Assembly (NCBI GenBank): GCA_021613535.1
Contig: CP075496.1
Location: 930,001-994,000 of the forward strand
From: Adineta vaga
Taxonomy: Eukaryota; Animalia; Rotifera
Direction: 5' to 3'
DNA: 64,000 nt
The notes under the pieces were generated by a model. That model saw only the letters and a list, made by a program, of their open reading frames with translations. It did not search any database and was not told the origin of the DNA. Position numbers and translations under genes: made by a program. How positions within the stretch are numbered: the stretch's first letter is position 1; each line of letters starts with the position of its first letter. This document shows, piece after piece, positions 60,080 to 64,000 of the stretch.

Positions 60080-63000
60080 TTAGTTTGTTGAAGATGATAC
60101 AGATGGTTTCCATGGTTTAACACGAACTCGATAGAATTTCGTATATAATGGTACATTAAAACGATTGTTTGGTTTTTTTGCTTGACAATATTCTTTATCA
60201 GTTACTTGACCAAGTAATGGTGTAGTCATTTGACTGAAATTACCAGGTCCAAACAATGTCGAATTCATCATTGATGTGTTAATCAATGGTGGAATAATTG
60301 TTGAAGTATTAATACCAATATCACCAGATATTGATTCAATTACACTTGTTGTATTTATTGTTTGAGTTGAAGTTGGTTGTTTTTGTTGAATATTAAATAA
60401 TTCATAACAATCTGAATGAATAAAATGAAGTGTAGGTAAATAAGTATAGATCATATAATGTTGATATGTTGTATCAAAATAAATGATGACATGATCAGAT
60501 CGATTGACAGTGAAAAAAGCAATAGGTGTTGCTTGTGGTGAAGGATGTGTTGATATTGTTGAAAGACGTGATGCTGATGATATACTTGGTGACGAACTTA
60601 GAATTGAAGATGGAACAGGTAATGGTGTTTGTGGTGATAGCGGAATTGTCATCATTTGATTTGGTGGTGATGCAGCAAATGGTGTATATAATTCAACAGC
60701 AGCACTTGAATCATTTGGAGATGATTTAAAACATGTATCCATTGAGATATTGTGTACTGCTGCTGAGACTGGTGGTTCACTAGAAAAATGAGAAGAGATG
60801 ATAACGAAGATGTGTATTTTAAATGACAACATACATTTTTGGTGATGATGCAGCATTTCCAGCAGCTAACATACTCTGAGCAATAAATGTACTTGGCATT
60901 GATATTGGTTCACTACGTCTGAGAAATGCCTGTCGCGTTGTGTTCGTCGTCGTCGTCGTCGTTGTTGTTGTTTCATCAGGTGTATTATGTTCATCATCTT
61001 TACTTATAACTTGTTCATCATCAGTTGTTGATGATGTTATCATTGAATTTGCTACTGATGGCATCATTGGTGGTGGTGTTGATGAAAGAGTATAAAGATT
61101 TTGTAGATTTTTAATACATTCTTTCAATTTAACAATTTTTACACGTTTATCCGCTAATTGTTGTTCTAATTGTCCAATTTGTTTCTTTTGGCCACCAGTT
61201 GCATTTTGAACTGCACGTTGTATAGCTAAATTAAATTGTATTTGTTGATCTTTTGTTATTGAACGACGCATAATCGCATCATCAGGATGATCATCCGTAG
61301 ATGTTTGTGTTGTTTGATCAAGATATTCAATATGATTCGTTTCAGTTGATTGATCTTGATTTGAAAATAAGATCATACTTGTTTGTTGATCAAATGTTGG
61401 TTGTTCATCTGTTTGAATTTCCATAGTCATTGTAGAAATTTGTTTCTTTTCATGTTCAGTTTTCATTTGAGTTACAGTTTCTTGATGTTCACCACGAAGT
61501 TTTTCTAATTCAAATTCGAAATCTGATTGAAGTGCTTTGACAATTTGAGATGTTTCAATATCTGATGTACGACGAAATTCATCAAAATCATTTTTAAGTG
61601 TTTCATATTTGATTGTTAATTCTTGTTTTAATTGTTCGCTTATATCATATTGAATTTTTACTGTTTCATTATCTTGAATATGGTTATTAATTTCCGTATG
61701 TAATTGTTCAATTTGTTCTTGATGTGCTTGATTGGATTGTTGAAGACTTGTGATAACTTTTGATATTGTTTCATGATAATTTAAGATTAAATCATGTTGA
61801 TTGCTTTTTGTTTGTTCATATTGAGTTTTTAATTCGAGAAAATCTTGAAGAATCGCACGTGTATATTCATTATCTGTTTGTTGTGATGCACAAGGACGTG
61901 ATGGAGGTGAAACAGCCATTTCTGTTGATGTATAAACTGTTTCTAAACTACATTGAATATAATCATCTTCTTCTTCATTGTTACTTGTTGTATTCGGGGT
62001 GATACTGATCGTGGAGGGTGAAGTTTCATTGGGTTGTGAAGTATCTGAGGGAGATTTTTGCAATGAAACAGTTTCTTAATAAAAAAAAAGAATAGATAGA
62101 ATTTTAATGGAATGAGGATTGAAATAAAACCTTTTTCTGATAGAGTTTCATCATTTTGTTCTTCATTTGTTGGTGTAAAAATATTATCTTGAATTGTTTG
62201 TTGTGATAATGTTTGTGCCATTATCTGTTCGGATGGTGATTCAACATCAGATGATGATTGAGATCGAACAACTGTTGATCGACTACTACTGTTGGTTGGT
62301 GATGGCAGTTGTTTTGTTGTATCAGTATGAATTGTTGTAACTGATGATGGAATAAAAACTGAAAGTGGTGTTACTATTGGTACTTGTTTATCGTCGAGAA
62401 AGGTTTCAGTACAACGAATAAGTGAAGTAAGATTCATCGTTGGATCAACATTCGGTAATTCACTAATAAATAAAAGAATTATTTTATTGAAATAGAAAAG
62501 ATTGTATACCTTTTCTGTTCTTTTATTTCAGGAAATTTCTCGAATAATTCATCAACTTCTGTTAAAGTTATATCAGGTAAATTTGTATCCAATGATGGTA
62601 ATGGTTCTTTCTATAAAACAAAAATGATTCATTTCATATTTAAAGATACGAATAAAAACAAAAAAGAGAAATCTTACAATAAAAAATGTTGGTATCACTT
62701 TAAGAGCAGGTAACAGATTGAAAAGAAAATGTGGTTCTATAAAAAAAAGAAAAGAAACAGAATTGTAATCTAAATAGAAAATAAATTCAATAAAACTTAC
62801 CATACTGCTTAATAAACTGTTCTCTTTTGGAAACTTCATCATGATGAATATTTTTTGATTCACGATGAATTGTTACAGAAAACTAAAAAGAAGAAAATTT
62901 TCATTCGAAGACAAAATCAACGAAAACAAACTTGATTAAAAATATTTGAATATTGTTTTCGTCGAACACATTCATGTAAAAATGAATAATAAAGATGTGG

Positions 63001-64000
63001 TGCTTGATTTAATTGACGTAAAAATGCCATGGTTTTTCTTGTTCGATTTAATTTATGAATATATAACGATTGTTTTGCATCATAATCAACTAAATGTCGT
63101 TGAAGAAGCATCATATTTCTAAAAGAAAATCGAAATTAAAAAATATCAAATCAATCTTTACTCATACTTAAATCTTCGATGTAATTGATCAATAATATCT
63201 TGTTTAGATTTACGAATCTTTTTCTCAATTTCAATTAATTTATTATGTCTTGTTGCAATTTCATTTAAATTTTTCGAATGAATACCAGAGAGATCTTCGA
63301 TCAATGCTAGATCTTTTTGATTTGCAACACTCGAACTGAATTTTTGTCGTTGACTAACAAGATACTAAATCGAATAGAAAAAGAAATAGGAAAAAGAAAA
63401 TTTCAAAAATTCATTTATTTACATCAGCATAATCTTTTTGTTCATGTTGTACATGTTTTGCATTAACTAATTCAGTTTGTAAAAGTGCAAATCGTTCTTC
63501 AATTCCAATCATATGTTTTAATTCATGATTAGAAATTCTCTTCGATAAATCATCGATTTCATCATTCATTGATGAAAATAATTCATTATTACACTAAACA
63601 AATCAATATTAAATATTCATTTTTATCAAATAGTTCATTTACTTCGTCAATAATATGTGTACAACTATTGATAACATCATCTATTTTCATATTTGCTAAC
63701 TAAAAACATTAAAGTTATGATTATAAATTAAAATGATCATTCGTTTTTTTTTTACCTGAGCAGTAATCCATTCAAATAAAGACATTTCTCCAATCGATTG
63801 ACTTTCATTCTCATTCGATGGGAGAAATGTTGTACTTGTTGTTGCAGTTAAACTAATTGATGATGATGAAGTTGATGTTGATACATTTGATCGATTATAT
63901 ATTCCAGTAGAATTATCAATTGAGACGGTTAATTTATTTGGAAGTTTTAATTGATGAAGAATTTCAATTGAATGAGGTAAACTAAAAGAAATATTCAAAG
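60080..64000 (-). CDS. RB1CC1: RB1-inducible coiled-coil 1 (FIP200/Atg11-Atg17-like), 5' part outside window
   Basis: C-terminal Claw domain GQVTDKEYCQAKKPNNRFNVPLYTKFYRVRVKPW; upstream QAPHLYYSFLHECVRRKQY and coiled coils. Confidence 0.93.

Noticed and set aside
1-64000. CRISPR arrays, rRNA, tRNA, telomeric repeats
   Set aside because: None recognised by eye; a tRNA/ncRNA covariance scan would be needed to exclude small RNAs such as intronic snoRNAs in RPS7.

Overview
AT-rich eukaryotic (animal) genomic DNA with many 50-60 nt GT-AG introns. Gene content and style (PLS-type PPR gene, SecA-like gene, CCCAGG-ended MITEs, sparse LINE) are most consistent with a bdelloid rotifer; this is an inference. 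A single-copy housekeeping core (DONSON, RPS7, RNF126/115-like, NDUFA10; ~21-28 kb) is flanked on both sides by oppositely oriented, repeatedly amplified and partly decayed segments (~9.9-19.8 kb and ~28.3-41.7 kb). These carry a tightly packed ENY2-CMC1-POP5 cluster and an unrecognised multi-exon gene family: an atypical C2H2-like finger exon, a 12-codon 'MAEE' mini-exon, and a hypervariable 55-56 aa terminal exon present six times. A 5'-truncated LINE with poly(A) and a 14-bp TSD sits in exon 1 of one family member. The right part holds cyclin I, a short PPR gene, a HExxH gene between duplicated RB1CC1 3' ends, RB1CC1 itself (partial), and a ~1,900-aa gene with a SecA-type ATPase, a Gly-rich membrane hairpin, an apparently circularly permuted OTU protease, a di-glycine site and a small C-terminal domain. 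That last architecture resembles a self-processing polymorphic toxin and is the top candidate for a new system. The left end holds a small HSP20-like gene, a secreted M15-peptidase-like pseudoenzyme, and a septin split into tail-then-head pieces bracketed by one MITE family. All calls are by eye, with no database searches.
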